64,000 nt of DNA from Eledone cirrhosa (Eukaryota). The stretch spans positions 215,946,001 through 216,010,000 of the forward strand of contig OZ024741.1 of the NCBI GenBank assembly GCA_964016885.1, given 5' to 3'. Under the pieces are notes generated by a model. It did no database searches. It saw nothing but the letters and a program-made list of their open reading frames with translations, and was not told where the DNA came from. How positions within the stretch are numbered: position 1 is the stretch's first letter; every line of letters begins with the position of its first letter. Made by a program: the position numbers and the translations under genes. Of the stretch, positions 14,470 to 31,366 are shown piece after piece.

Positions 14470-14740
14470 TTGTAAATACGACGAGTGTCCTATCATCATA
14501 ATATTGTTGGTTTGATTCCTGGACTGGGCTATGGGTTGAGTTCTTAAAAAAACACCTCATTTCACATTGCTGCAACATACTCAGCTGAAAATGAGTGCCA
14601 GCAATAGCTGAGTTTAACCCTGCGATGGACTGGTTTGCTCTCCAGGAGAATGTTGTACTCTCAGTCGATTAACGCCAGGAAAGCCAGGGATAAGAACCGG
14701 CCTAATGAGCCTGCGCTAGCGAGACAGACTCTAAACTTAT
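14470..14740 (+). mobile_element. tRNA-derived SINE, second family
   Basis: B-box-like GGTTTGATTCC then ATTTCACATTGCT..CTCAGCTG; similar copies at ~15755-15875(+), ~20700-20850(-), ~32650-32900(-), ~41590-41705(-), ~46190-46390(-) and ~48490-48770(-). Confidence 0.65.
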
Positions 14741-14803
14741 TTTTAGAAGTATGACCATCTCTTTTAGACGTGATGAAATTGTGTGTATTTAAAATTAGGA
14801 AGC

Positions 14804-14941
<138 letters not shown>

Positions 14942-15544
14942 GCTTAATACGTGTGAATGTTTATCTTTAATCGTATCAGAGTGTAATGTGGTCGTAGCTT
15001 CAAAGGGGAAATTTTAAATGTCACCAAATATCTCGTGAGATTCAATAATATAGTCAACATATTAACAAAGTAATATTTTACTTTTATCATTAAATTTACC
15101 AAACTACTTTCAATTATCGAAGTGTGTTAAATTTGAAAATACGTGTGTTACAAATGCAGTAAATTGCAATGAAAACTGTTGATCACTATAGATAATTGTT
15201 GATAAAATTTAGTTAATTACGTTTAAAAAAATGGGTAGAGGCACTACTTTCGTTTCCAAGTAATAATATAATCTACTTTTCATATTTTTTATTGAGCGCA
15301 GTTTCCTATTGTATTATAAAGTGTGGCGTTTTGCATTTTTTGATAAATAAATTTTGTAGTTTCGTATTTTATTGTACTAAGTGTAGTTTCATAATATATT
15401 TTATTGTATTTAGTTTCGTATTTTATTAGTCTGTGTTACTTCGTATTACATTGAATTGTGTGTAGTTTTGTATTAAACTGAATTGTGTATAGCTTCGTAT
15501 TATAGTGAATTGTGTGTAGTTACGTATTATATTTCATTGCCTGT

Positions 15545-15692
15545 GAGAGTTCAAATCCCGCCGAGGTTAGCTTTGCTTTTCATCTTTACGGGATCGATAA
15601 AATAAAGTACCAGTAATGCACTGAGGTCAATATAATCGACTTTTCCCTTCCTTTTAAATTGTTGGCCTTGTGCCGAAAGTAGAAACTATTAT
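15545..15692 (+). mobile_element. OR-type SINE copy, 5'-truncated
   Basis: Same motifs as the 10780-12480 cluster; further copies at ~16610-16770(-) and ~37935-38075(-). Confidence 0.8.
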
Positions 15693-17659
15693 ATTGTGCG
15701 TATTTTCGTATTTTAATTAACTGTGTAATTTCGTATTGTCTATTACTGAATGAACGCGGATGGGTTAGTGGTTAGAGTGTTGGATTCCTAATCGGGAGGT
15801 TGAGAGATCGATTCCCACAGCTGGGCGATGTGTTGTGTCTTTCAGCATCACATTTTATTTCACATCGCTTCTTTTGCCTGGAGTTGCGACGAGTAAGTAG
15901 TATTAGAAAATGGAAAGACCACTCGGTAAGTGGATGAGGTCTGGGACCTTGTCGATTCGTACAATGTCAAAATGTATGTAGTTCTATATATAATTGTATT
16001 GCATAGAGTTTCGTACTATATTGTGCTGGTGTACTGTATGTAAGGATAGTGAAATGCCTGCATCCACCTCACTTACTACGATACTGAAGTAACTGTGATA
16101 TAATGACAGCTTAAATTACTCATAACGTAAACATATGGTACAAGGGTTCGTATACTGAATTTGCTCTGGCGTGATCGCAGGTTCAAATATTCAGTCAGAA
16201 TATATTTATTTTTAGTATAACTAAACATATCGCAAATCGTGGTTAATATAGTTCATTTGTTTACTTAAACTGTACATAAATTTTAGAAATACTTTATTAT
16301 CACGACAGCCTCTTTCTCCTCTCGTGTCAATATAGATTTACTAATGTGCTAATCTGATGTATTGGGCGGACAAAGTTTCCAGTAATTTTAATTCGGGAAA
16401 ACTTATCCCGACAGTTTATATTTTTTATATTCGTGTGATGGAAGGAAAAGGAAAGAGCTCTTAACTGCTGATGGAATCGTAGGGGCGCAGTCCTGACACA
16501 CGAGGTGACGTGGGCACTTTAAACCTAGCGTAGCCAACGCATCCCTAGGTCTAAACACAGTCGATTTCTTTCAGGAAAAGAGTGAGTGAGTAAAATGTGA
16601 CAGAGACAGGGGAATAATCGACCATTGTAATCGGACTGTACTTGATTTATTGAATTCAAATGAGTGCAGGATAATGTTGACCTCGTTATGATTTGTCCTC
16701 AGAACACAGAGGGCCGGAACATATACCGAGGCATTTAATCTGACGCCATAACGACTTTGTCCGTTTTCCGTCTTTTTAATGGATGATACACTGAAAATAG
16801 CTAAATAATTCCCACTTCAGGTTTGAATTAATTGGTAACCCAATGCTAAATTTAAGTTGGTAGTTAAATATCAGAAGGTTTGAATCTTAAGAGCCTAACA
16901 TGGAAAATTTGTGAAAGAAACGAGTTTTATTTTCGTAACCTGCAACAAAAGCATAATGAAGCCACCATCTTCATTTTAATTCACTGGTCGCCATTTTGTC
17001 GTTCTTTGACAAATTTAATTATAAAACTTAATACTATACGGAAGCGGATAATAAGATGAAATGGTAATTGTTTATAATATTTTTCTTTATTACTATATTG
17101 TAACATAGAACTTTTATCAAGCAACATAATATATATTTTGTGATTGAGCTGAACTATATTATGTTTGTTTGTTTAAGCAATGCCATATCAAAATAACTAC
17201 ACTTGTATTAAGTTTATTTTCTATTACTTGATTGTATTTCATATATTTATTTTTTCTTTTGTTTATATTTTGAGCAAAATGTATCTGTTTCACTGCCATA
17301 ATAGAAGGAAACAATAATCTTAGTAAATAACCATTCAAAGAATAGATTGGTTATCTGTTGTGAGCTAAAAATGATCACATGAACATTAAAATGACAGATA
17401 CTCACGTATTTGTTATTGAATGGGCGCCATTTTTTGTGTGCATTATATATATATATTTTCTTTTTCCTATTTGGAAACGTGCAGTTGTAAAGATTATAAT
17501 CTGTAAGTTAGCAACGGACTAGAGTGAATAATTGGCTACAGAGAAGTAAAAATTCAATTCAGGAACTGATAAATTTATTATCTCAATACACTGGCAAGTG
17601 AAAGTGTGCCAAACAGAAAATTTGACTCTATAAACGAAACTACTTCGAGTTGAAAAATG

Positions 17660-18815
<1,156 letters not shown>

Positions 18816-19039
18816 ATTCTTCTGCGCATATATTGGATGTGTGTATATATATAGTTGCTGTGACATGTAGGTTCTTATGTACTTGTTAAGTGATACAATT
18901 AAATGAATAGCAGAAATGCAGAACTGGTCTCTGGAAACAACGCGTGAGCGAAGATTAGATCTCGCTTTTAAATTAGTTACGCGGCTCAGAGGGAAATTTA
19001 ATTTATCTGGCAAACAAATTTGTGTTAGAAAAACAGTAA

Positions 19040-19435
<396 letters not shown>

Positions 19436-19710
19436 TGAGAATCAATTTTCGTGTTGTCGGTATATTGAATGGTAAAAAGATTCCATTCTATACTGGAAGA
19501 CGAGTGCTAAAATATTTTAAAAAGACAATAATTTCACTTCACACAACTGTTGAATATGATAATACAATAAAAACTTGTTTAGTTTTACTGCTAGTATACT
19601 GTTCATGTTTTTAGCTGCTTATCTAGCTACCTAGCTATCTTTCCCTCTCTCTTATATATATATATATATATATATATATCATTCAACATTATGTAGGGTT
19701 GTATAGACCG

Positions 19711-19777
<67 letters not shown>

Positions 19778-19943
19778 GGGGGGGGGGGTATTTGTATCTA
19801 TATATATGTGTGTGTATTTGCATCTATATGTATGTGTATATATATATATACACACACACGCACACACATATATATACACACACACATATATATATCTAAC
19901 CCATGCTAGCGTGGAAGATAGACGTTAAACGATGATGATATAT

Positions 19944-19974
<31 letters not shown>

Positions 19975-21724
19975 TATATATACATACATACACACATATA
20001 TATATATATAAGTTTGTATCTCTATATATATGAGTGTGTTAATTTGTGCCCGCGTTTGCGTGTATATTCAGAAAAAAAACCTGATGATTCAATTTGCTCG
20101 TAATGGAAGGACCTCGATATGCGCTATTGGGGAATACAGGTTTGCTCGCTTTTCATTGGTCGGCTGTGATGAGTTGGATGGATTTAACATGCTCAGGTGG
20201 GAGCATTTGCTACTGGGAGATTCCACTATATTTAATTGAAAGATTACTACTACGGGGTAGAAGGAAGGGAGAAGTGTACTGTAGGTAGTTGAGATATTAC
20301 AAGGCCGCTTACAACATTTACTTTTGGAATGATTTTGATAAGAATTTTTATTCCTCTGGCAAACATAAATTTATCATTCAACATTATGTAGGGTTGTATA
20401 CACCGAAATATGGAACTCCTCGAATTGACATAAATTACATATAATAATATATTTTGTCATACAGAAACTACGTAATATGGCGGCTGCTGCTGGATAACGT
20501 CTGTTTCCCACATACCAGTGACTGCTGCGAGTTGGTGGGTTGGTTTACAGAAAATAGAGGTGCGTGTCCATAGTTTAACGAAGTATATGAATGGTGTCTG
20601 AGGTCAAGATTTGGGGATTGCTCACACCTAAGCAAGGTATATCTCGTTGGAGGTGTCTTGGGTGATTTAATGATAGGAACCCCAGTCCTATCATCTCATT
20701 TCTACAGCTAAGTAAACTGGAGCAACGTGAAATAAAGTGTCTTGCTCAAGGAAACAACACATCGCCCGGTCCGAGAATTGAATTCACAACCTTTCGATTG
20801 CAAGCCCAATGCTCTAACCACTAAGCCATCCGACTAAGCCATCCGCCTTCACAATGATAGGGCTTTTAATGGTTTCTTTGTTTCCATTGTCCATTAATAT
20901 GCAAATTTATCTAGATAAAGACGTGGAACTGATTCAGTCTCAGGACCTAATGAATCTATATGCTCGCTGTAGTTGATCGTGAAAGTGTAATTTCGTTTAA
21001 TATCATCAGTGGGTATTACCTAACTCTATATATGTACGATACTTTAAGTCGTAATTGTAGATAATTCTAGATTAGCAGCAAGCTAAAGAGAGACCGGCTA
21101 TGTAATATAGAGTATATTACAATGTAGATTATATAATATATAAGAATAGTAGTTGATGATATACATTAAACTACAACTAACCTTAACACAGTTCCTGATA
21201 AAGAGTTTGTGGTGTTGATGTTTGGCTGAGAAACTTTTACTTGACAGGAACAGGAAATTAGTAGCTATGTTTGTGAATGTGTTGATATTGTGGGATGTTT
21301 TATAGACCATGCTTTAGATATTGAGGTGAATTCTTCTCATTTAGATCATGCTTGTAAATTACTCTTTCGATTTGCGGTTGTCGTTTCCTCATTAAATTTC
21401 TGCAGTGTAACCTATTCACACATTATAACCCTCTAGAAAATCATGACTGACACGAATCCCTATTGACATATGTCTAAAAACAAGAAATCACCTCAAGCTA
21501 CTTGTGTGCGTGGTACTAATATGTGTGTACGTCGACTAAAAAATGTATGTATGTGTATGTGTGTGTGTAGCAGTGTGTAGCAGTTTGTGTGTAGTTGTGT
21601 CGGTTTATAAATACAATGTGTGTGTGTATATATAAGTCGATATAATGTGCAATTAAAAAGATCAAAAGATATCAAAAGATACAAGACATCACAAATAGCA
21701 ATAATTTTGTTTGTAAACAAGCTT

Positions 21725-23138
21725 CACCACGACACGCCACCCCACCACTAGCTCCTGCAAAACACACCACCACCACTACCACCAACCCCTCCTCCAACAC
21801 CACCACCAACAACACCACCACCACCACCACCACCACCATCATCACCTCCTCCTCCAAAACACACCTCCAACACCACCACCACCACCAGCTCCTTCAAAAC
21901 ACACAACCACCAACACCACCACCACCTCCTCCAAAACACACCACCAACAACACCACCCCAACCTCCTCCTCCAAATCACGCCACCTACACCACCACCACC
22001 ACCACCACCTCCTCCTCCAACACCAACACCACCACCTCCTCCAAATCACGCCACCACCACCACCACCAACACCACCACCTCCTCCAAATCACGCCACCAA
22101 CACCAACAGCACCACCACCACCTCCTCCGCCAACACCACCACCACCATAAACAACAACAACAACCAAACTAAACAAACCAAGCAAATATTAACTGCTTTG
22201 ATATTTATTTGCTTTCAGTTTTTTTTTTAGTTTTATTTTTCATAATATAATTATTATTTATTTATGATTTTCTTTCGAATCACGTATTACTAATTACATT
22301 AGGGAGGAGGGGGGATATTGAATATCACGAGCAACAGATAAACATGGTGATAACGATGGCAGTGATGATGGTGATGGTGATGGTAGTGATGGTGATGGTG
22401 ATGGTGATGGTGATGGTGATGGTGATGGTGATGGTGATGATGATGGTGATGATGATGGTGATGGTGGTGATGGTGATGGTGATGGTGATGGTGGTGTTGG
22501 TGATGGTGATGGCAGTGATGATGGTGATGGTGATGGTAGTGATGGTGATGGTGATGATGGTAATGGTGATGGTGATGGTGATGGTGATGGTGATGGTGAT
22601 GGTAGTGATGGTGATGGTGATGGTAGTGATGGTGATGGTGAAGGTGATGGTGGTGATGGTGATGGTGATGGTGATGGTAGTGATGGTGATGGTGATGGTA
22701 GTGATGGTGATGGTGATGGTAGTGATGGTGATGGTGATGGTGATGTTGATGATGATGATGATGATGATGGTGATGGTGACAGTGATGTTGATTATGATAA
22801 GTATGATGATGGTGGTGATGGTGATGATGATGATGTTAAGATAATGATCTTTATGTTGATGATGACCATGACGATGATGATGATGGTGACGATTATGATG
22901 ATGATGACGATGATGATCATGGGGAGGAGAAGGATGGTAAGATAATAGTTGTTATGATTATGACGACGATGATGATGATGATATTTATAATTATGATAAT
23001 TCTGATGTTTATGATGAGATAATAATTAGTCAGATAATGATGTTTATGATGATGATGATGATGATGATGTCAACGATGATGATGATGATGATGATGATGA
23101 TGATATTGCGGATGTTAAGATAATGATTAGTAGTAGTC

Positions 23139-23171
<33 letters not shown>

Positions 23172-23500
23172 ATGGGGGTGCTGTTGGTGGTGGTGGTGGT
23201 GGTGGTGGTGGCGGCGGCGGTGGTAGTGTTGTTGGTGGTGGTAGTTGTGGTTGTGGTGGTGATGGTGGTGATGGTGATGTTGGGGATGGTGGTGGTGGTG
23301 GCGGCGGTTGAGATAATAAGGACAGTAATCATAATAATCATAACAACAACAAAAACCACAACACCACCACCACATAAACAACAACAACAATAACCACAAC
23401 ACCACCACCACATAAACAACAGCAACAATAACCACAACACCACCACCACATACAAAACAACAACAACGACAACAACAACAACAACAACAATAACAACAAC

Positions 23501-23545
<45 letters not shown>
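21725..23545. repeat. Compound trinucleotide/hexanucleotide low-complexity block (CAC, GGTGAT, GAT, TAG, CAA, TAA)
   Basis: Direct reading. Confidence 0.9.
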
Positions 23546-23695
23546 GCTTTTTGGAACGCTTCAAAAGGCATGCTTGCTGGGAACAGCAAGAACCCTCCGA
23601 TACGTCCTGAATATCTGAGGCTGCAGGTAATGGCTTGATATTCATTTCAACAAACTTTCCAGTTAAATAACATCAATGACTGAGACTCAAAGAAC
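23545..23695 (+). mobile_element. Severely 5'-truncated R4/Dong-clade non-LTR retrotransposon in (TAA)n
   Basis: 23556-23618 translates TLQKACLLGTARTLRYVLNI*, resembling the R4/Dong C-terminus; (TAA)n on both sides. Confidence 0.7.
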
Positions 23696-23772
23696 AATAA
23701 TAATAATAATAATAATAATTGTTTCTACTTTTGGCACAAGGCCAGCAAATACACAGTGTATTACTGGTACTT

Positions 23773-23852
<80 letters not shown>

Positions 23853-24091
23853 CAATAATGATAAAAATAATAATATTAATAATGATAATTTTTTTGTTAA
23901 TAAATTAGCTTCGTTAACAATAATATATTAAGTAAACATTCACACCGGAAATGAGATTACAATTTTCAAATGGAGTCTTTGTTGGAGAATATAGTATTGA
24001 TATCTTCAGGCCAAATATCTTATCAAATGAAGCATACTTTCTTTTGTGAAGATCTTCGAAGAATGTTCAAAGTACAATAGAAATACCAGCA

Positions 24092-24197
<106 letters not shown>

Positions 24198-24476
24198 GGT
24201 ATATATATATATATTTATATTTAAATTTATATATATATATGTGTGTGTGTGTGTGTAACTATATACATATTTATATTTTTATATTTTTCTTTAGATATCT
24301 ATTTATTTATGTATGTATAAAATTGTTTCTATATTTTATAAACTTCCTATGTGATGAGATATTTATATTTAAATCATATATATAGTTAAAATGAGTGAAT
24401 ATATATATATATAAAAATTTAATGTCTGATCTCCCATTTATGTGCGTGAGTGCTTGTGTGAGAGACAGAGCGTGTG

Positions 24477-24532
<56 letters not shown>

Positions 24533-24659
24533 GGTATAGCAGTTTTGTAACTTTATGCCTCAAACCAAACATCGCTGTATGCTATTCATTGCACATACGT
24601 GCATGATTATATATATATATTTACTTATTTAATAACATAATAAACAACACAATATAATT

Positions 24660-24731
24660 ATTTCATTACCAAAGGTTTCATGAAACTAGACGATCTTAAC
24701 AGAAACGTCCAGTACCCTCATCAGATGAAAT
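24660..24731 (-). ncRNA. Hammerhead ribozyme motif
   Basis: AUUUCAU CUGAUGA ..UGGACG..CGUCUA.. GAAA CC UUU GG UA AUGAAAU; a degenerate relative lies at 44656-44728(+). Confidence 0.7.
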
Positions 24732-24919
24732 ATTTATGTTATGGATATAGGATTTCAAATTAAAATCTATTAAAAATGAAAGTGAGGCCGAATTAAAATA
24801 ACGGAAAAAATACATGTACACACAGAATCTGATATGCATACATGCAAATATACATAAAAAAAAAAAAATTAAATTAGAAATAAAATATACATACATACTC
24901 ACAAACACAGACATATACA

Positions 24920-24961
<42 letters not shown>

Positions 24962-24963
<2 letters not shown>

Positions 24964-25051
24964 GGAACGAGTAGGACCCCGACGGCTGAGCTCAAGCCGT
25001 TTCGACGGACAGAATTAGCAGAATTAGCCGTCGAAACGGCTTGAGCTCAGC
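24962..25051. repeat. Family C short element, fold-back form
   Basis: GCTGAGCTCAAGCCGTTTCGACGG..CCGTCGAAACGGCTTGAGCTCAGC; relatives at ~1855-1906, 14236-14288, 29144-29283, 44035-44197, 44879-45014, 46516-46703 and 60027-60164. Confidence 0.8.
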
Positions 25052-25181
25052 TAGATATAGATATAAACACACACAGACACCCGGATATGGCGTATGCGCA
25101 GACTGAGCACACAACACACAGAAACAAAATGGCGTAGGACAGAACAAAGGAGAGGCACAAAAACAAAGAAAATAATCCCCA

Positions 25182-25224
25182 GTCACTGATGAGGTCACAG
25201 AATGTGTGACGAAAGAACTTTGAC
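25182..25224 (+). ncRNA. Minimal hammerhead ribozyme
   Basis: GUCA CUGAUGA G GUCACA-GAAUG-UGUGAC GAAA GAAC UU UGAC. Confidence 0.65.
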
Positions 25225-25498
25225 AATATATAAACAACTATCTGGTTGCGGAACCAACCAACCAACCAGAAATTTATAAATTTATAAATTCCTAAATTTA
25301 TAAATTTATTATAATAAATTGAAGTGAAAGCAACTGGTGCGTGTGTTTCTTATTGGCAACATGACCCTCCCAAAGTATAACAATATCGGTTTCAACACAC
25401 GATTTCAGATAAAGAATCTTGCTAAACAAATTCAGAAACGAAATATATCTATATATATATATCTATATATCTATATATATATATATATATATATATAT

Positions 25499-25614
<116 letters not shown>

Positions 25615-26015
25615 ACAGATTCAAGCTTAAGCAAAAAATCGCTGCTTTCACCATTAACGGGATCTTCTGAAACAATAAAAATCACTCTGTGAACGCAGAA
25701 GTAAATATTTCGAAAAACGTTGGAACTGAAGGAAAACAGGAAGACGATACTTTGGTTCGTGAAGACGTTCCCTAGCAATGACCGGAAAAGAAAATGAAGT
25801 TTTTTTTTAATGAAAAAAAAAACGAGATGTCCAACACGAGTGAAAGTGTAAGGAAAAAAGAATGAAATCGAAAATGCAACTTAAGTCTTTTTAAGAATAT
25901 TTATTTGTTTCCTTTACTGTTTTCACAATTCTTATGCTTTTCAAAAGTAGAATCGAGATGGAGGGTTTGTGGTTTTTCCCGCATTATACATATATATTCA
26001 TATATATACATATAT

Positions 26016-26229
26016 ATAAAGAGAATGAGCACTCAATACCACAGTATGGATTATTCTTTCTTTAATAAGGCCAGTTCTCTTTATGTACAGCATTATCAAG
26101 TAGATCTTATATAAATATATATATATATATTTATATAAGACCTACTTGATAATGCTGTACATAAAGAGAACTGGCCTTATTAAAGAAAGAATAATCCATA
26201 CTGTGGTATTGAGTGCTCATTCTCTTTAT
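26016..26229. repeat. Near-perfect palindrome centred on a (TA)n tract
   Basis: Arms ~26016-26113 and ~26131-26229 are reverse complements; each carries TTGAGTGCT. Confidence 0.9.
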
Positions 26230-26323
26230 ATATATGTATATATATGAATAGAGTCTTCGGTGATGAGACCACATTTCATGTAAGTACTCGATACATGAGG
26301 GATTTCACATATCTCTCTCATAT

Positions 26324-26371
<48 letters not shown>

Positions 26372-26799
26372 CATCTCTCTCTCTATATATATGAGGAAAA
26401 GAAATCGATTTCTTTTCCTTATATTTTCACTCATGTAGGACATCGCTTTTTTTTTCATTTAAAAAACCCTCATTTACTCATCAAACATTAGGATATACCT
26501 TAGTATAATCCCAATTATACGTTTGGGGTGCTAACTATACGTATTTTGCGGATAGCCAGTTGTATTATTTTATATGAGACATAATTAAATATATCCCTTT
26601 TTCCAAACGATCGTTTCATTATAAGTTTTCTACAAATTGGGAAATAATGTCCAGGTTATGTAGAAGGCTACACATAGTGGATGTAGAAGGCTACATATCA
26701 GTGGATGCCTGACAATATCGATATAAAAAAAAACCTTACCGATATTAATATTCTACAAATTCTTTCTTTAATAAGGTCAGTTCTCTTTATGTACAGGAT

Positions 26800-26866
<67 letters not shown>

Positions 26867-27335
26867 TATATTGCTTTGGTTATATATCAAATATTCATCC
26901 ATTTTTCTTTATTTTAATAATAGATTGTTTTTCTTGCGTGGTATATACTATGGTGTTTTCTAATATCAGCTTCCGGTACACGGCATCACGCCGTTAGACT
27001 ACGTGTTTTAAGGCTTATTTGGAGTCGATGGTTAGTTCAGGGCAGTTTAGAGTTCATATACGTATGTAGAAAGTAGAGCATGGCCTATGTGATTGTAGTC
27101 GCTGCAGATAGTAATAGTTTTATAATATAGAAACTACATAAAATAACAGCTGCAGCTTGCTTACATTTGTCTTCTCCATGCGGTGGCTTGTGCGGTCTAT
27201 TGTTGCTTGCAAAGCTGGGAATGCGAATCCGGAGTTGGTTTAGCGGGAACTATGTGTAAAGGTGAACGATCACTTTACGGGGTTTTCTGAGTGCTTTGTT
27301 TGCGGGCTAAGACAATCAACGGACCTATTTACACA

Positions 27336-27440
<105 letters not shown>

Positions 27441-27761
27441 TATATACATATATATATATATATATTACATATATATATATATATGTGTGTGTGTGTGTTT
27501 GTGAATGCGCATGTACGTATGCGTGTATGAACAATCGTGTATGTGGATTGTGTGTGTGTGAACGTGTGTTTATGAACATGTGAGAGTGTGTTTATATATA
27601 TATATATATATATATACATGTGTCTATATATATATATATATATATATACATATATGAATTTTAGTCTTCACATTTATTATTATTATTATATATATATACA
27701 TATATATATAGAATAAGGAAAAGCGAAGTAGTTTCAGATGTTCAAGTCTTTTAATAATAAT

Positions 27762-27848
27762 TATTTCTACTTTTGGCACAAGGCCGACAATTATCCCAGT
27801 GCATTACTGGTACTTTATTTTATCGACCTCGTAAGGATGAAAGGCAAA
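27762..27848 (-). mobile_element. 5'-truncated OR-type SINE nested in the pLTR
   Basis: SINE motifs flanked by the duplication AAGTCTTTTAATAATAAT (~27744-27761 and ~27847-27864). Confidence 0.75.
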
Positions 27849-27864
27849 GTCTTTTAATAATAAT

Positions 27865-27938
27865 GCTGTGATATATATTTCAATGGTGACAGTGGCCACA
27901 CTGTTCTGTGCGCCAGTGTCGCGACATCGTCAGACAGC
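27865..27938 (-). ncRNA. Hammerhead ribozyme motif
   Basis: GCUGU CUGACGA [imperfect ~45-nt stem II] GAAA UAUAUA UC ACAGC. Confidence 0.75.
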
Positions 27939-29611
27939 TTGTTACATAATAAGGTTATGTTTCCGAGGCAATCCAAATTGAATCGACATGGAAACGGACG
28001 AAGTGTGTGCTTTTGGGTTTTTCATCCGTTCCCTTGTGAGTACCAATTCACCCCCACCGGTCTGCGCAGGAATGTATTGAGCCAACAATGACCCATTCAG
28101 GCCTGTACCATAGTTTACTGCTACCCATCCCGTCTGTGGCAGTCAGCCGAAAGCCAGTGGGGATGGGAGAGTGTTAGCATTTACAGGTCTCAATACTACC
28201 TTTCACCAAGCATGGACAGTATAATTGACCATCAACCTCTAAGAGAAAATATACTTAATTCTAGGTATCATGGTTTCACATTGGAAGTTATGAGTGAGAG
28301 TTGGAAATTATAACTAAAAATTAAAATTCAAAATCGAAAATCCTAAATCAAATATCAGAAACTAGAAATTAAAAAATTAACAATTAGAAATTAAAAAATG
28401 TTTGTTTCAAGTGAGAATCCGGTTTGAGGTGAGTAAAAAAAATATAGATTGAAGTGAGTAAATAATATGCAGAGAGATGTTTAAGTAAGGAGTTTTGAAA
28501 TGGGTACTAATGTTATAGTTATATTATCTACATACTGAACGATAGTACCGTACAGTAGAACGGAAGGTAAATTACAGTATGAAAGGTAGTAGTTAACCGG
28601 GTACATAGTCATAATTTCCATCACATGGAACAAAACCCCCCAAAAAACAGATATAAAGTACACAAAAGAAAAATACATAGAGTACATATAAGCAAGATGA
28701 TCCATATGATTGTCAATTTGTCCATGTATAGATTGAATTGAGGGGGCTTCTGTTCAAATGCGATTTGGTGCAGGAAAATAGGGGTTTATCTTAGTTTTTG
28801 TTTCTGCGTATTTATCCTGCCGAAAGTTATTATTATATCCGTCCAGTGTCAGGGGTTTCCATCCCCATGGTAGAGGGAATTTCCGGGTGTAGCTCGTAGT
28901 TGGTTCCTCTCTTCTCCACCAAATCGGCTCAACTAATTGGAGCTAATTCTTAGGGTAGACATTGATGCAATTCAACTCAAGCACTCAACGTACTTATTCC
29001 ACATAGGAGTGACGGAGTAAATATCGAATAAGGAAAAGCGAAGTACTTTCAGATGTTCAAGTCTTTTAATAATAATAATAATATTAGTAAAAGACTTGAA
29101 CATCTGAAACTACTTCGCTTTTCCTTATTCGATATTTACATACAGTCCAGAAATAGCCATCGAAACGGCTTGAGCTCTGCCGTTGGCGTCATACATTTTA
29201 CTATTACCCACTCTACTACCCTAAGTATTGAGTACTTTGGTGCAATGTGGTCCATCTACTTCCTTACCACAACTCCTTCGTTATATACATATATATGTGC
29301 GTGCGTGTGTGTGTATGTGTGTGTATGTATATTCTTATATTTAGACGAATGTGGATGTATTTGTGTATGCGTTCATCAATATCTAATACATACATACAAC
29401 AAAACATATGTATGTGTAGATATGTACATACATACCGCTGTATATGTATATATATACATAAAAAGAAAGAATAAAGAAGATATTGTAATATCGTTAATAT
29501 TTACTCAGGATTGGAGCTATGTTAACCTATTAACATATTTGGCATCCAACATCCAGCGCCATGACACATAAAAGACATATACAAGGAATATATATATACA
29601 TATGTATGTAC

Positions 29612-29682
<71 letters not shown>

Positions 29683-30073
29683 GTGTGTGTACATATATAT
29701 GGGAGAGGGGGCGGGGAGATGGATAGGTTCATATGTACGTAGAAAAGAATAGATAAACATAGGGATTATACATCAACATATACATATACATATATACACA
29801 CACACATATATGAATAAATATATATAATATATATATATATAATACTCATACATAAATATATATATATATAATACACACATATACATATGCGTACATAGTC
29901 AAGGAATATATGTATTTATATATATATATATATACCTTGACTATGTACGCATATGTATATGTGTGTATTATATATATATATTTATGTATGTGTATTATAT
30001 ATATATTTTTATTATTCATATATGTGTGTGTATATATGTATATATGTATATATATATGTTTATGTATAATCCA

Positions 30074-30169
<96 letters not shown>

Positions 30170-30631
30170 GCATTTATATTAATCACGGAATCTGCACAAG
30201 TTGCAGAGAAATGATTGTCGGCTATTCAATTTGCTCCGTTGTCTAAAGTAAAATGATTTACTTCTACACGATTTGGAAATAACCTCACAAATTATACCTG
30301 TCTTAGAACTAATTCTGACTACACGAAAATGGAAGTTGTTGCTGCCAGACATTATCTATGTTTGAAGAAATATTTGATAAAATAAACAAGAAAACTGATG
30401 TATGGGGAATGTGGGGAAGGTGTAACGCTTCACGTGACAACACGTTGTCAATTAGAATATATCGATTTGCGGTCGACTTTCGAAATTGACTTTATGTCTT
30501 TTCCGTTGTTCACTGGCGGACGCTAGCGTTGCCGGTAGTTTCCATGATGAAATACATTACATGTAGTGCTTGTAACTGAATATATAATGGATTTATGTTT
30601 ATATGTGACTATATGTATATACCTACATACA

Positions 30632-30694
<63 letters not shown>

Positions 30695-30733
30695 ATATTT
30701 ATAAATATATATATATATTTATAAATATATATA

Positions 30734-30816
<83 letters not shown>

Positions 30817-31063
30817 ATATATATATCGATGAGGCTATTGAGTAATCGCGATAATAGGATAACATATATAATATTCACTACTTTGCTATTGAGCAATTTG
30901 TCCTTGTTTGCGAAGGGAAACAAACGGATATATATCTATATATCTACATACATACACGCATGCACATGCACACACACACACACATACACGCACACACACA
31001 CATATATGTATATATATATATATATTATGTGAGAAAAACCACAGACCCTCCATCTCAATTCTA

Positions 31064-31100
31064 CTTTTGAAAAGCAGAAGAACTGCGAAACCGGTAAAGG
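31064..31100 (+). ncRNA. U3-A8 variant hammerhead (family B copy)
   Basis: CUU UUGAAAA GCAG AAGAA CUGC GAAA CCGG UA AAG. Confidence 0.65.
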
Positions 31101-31161
31101 AACCAAATAAATATATATATTTTTTTTAAAATAAGACTCCAGTTGCATTTTCGATTTCATC

Positions 31162-31366
<205 letters not shown>

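Larger units (their letters stand above)
27711..29138 (-). mobile_element. Non-coding PLE-like element with terminal direct and inverted pLTR segments
   Basis: 27711-27760 recurs at ~29026-29076 and is inverted at ~29089-29138; HHR near the 3' end; no ORF recognised. Confidence 0.7.

Noticed and set aside
17485-17502. Possible 18-nt micro-exon (CAG..GTAAGT)
   Set aside because: Such signals arise by chance, and its phase gives a stop if joined to the 12842-12900 candidate
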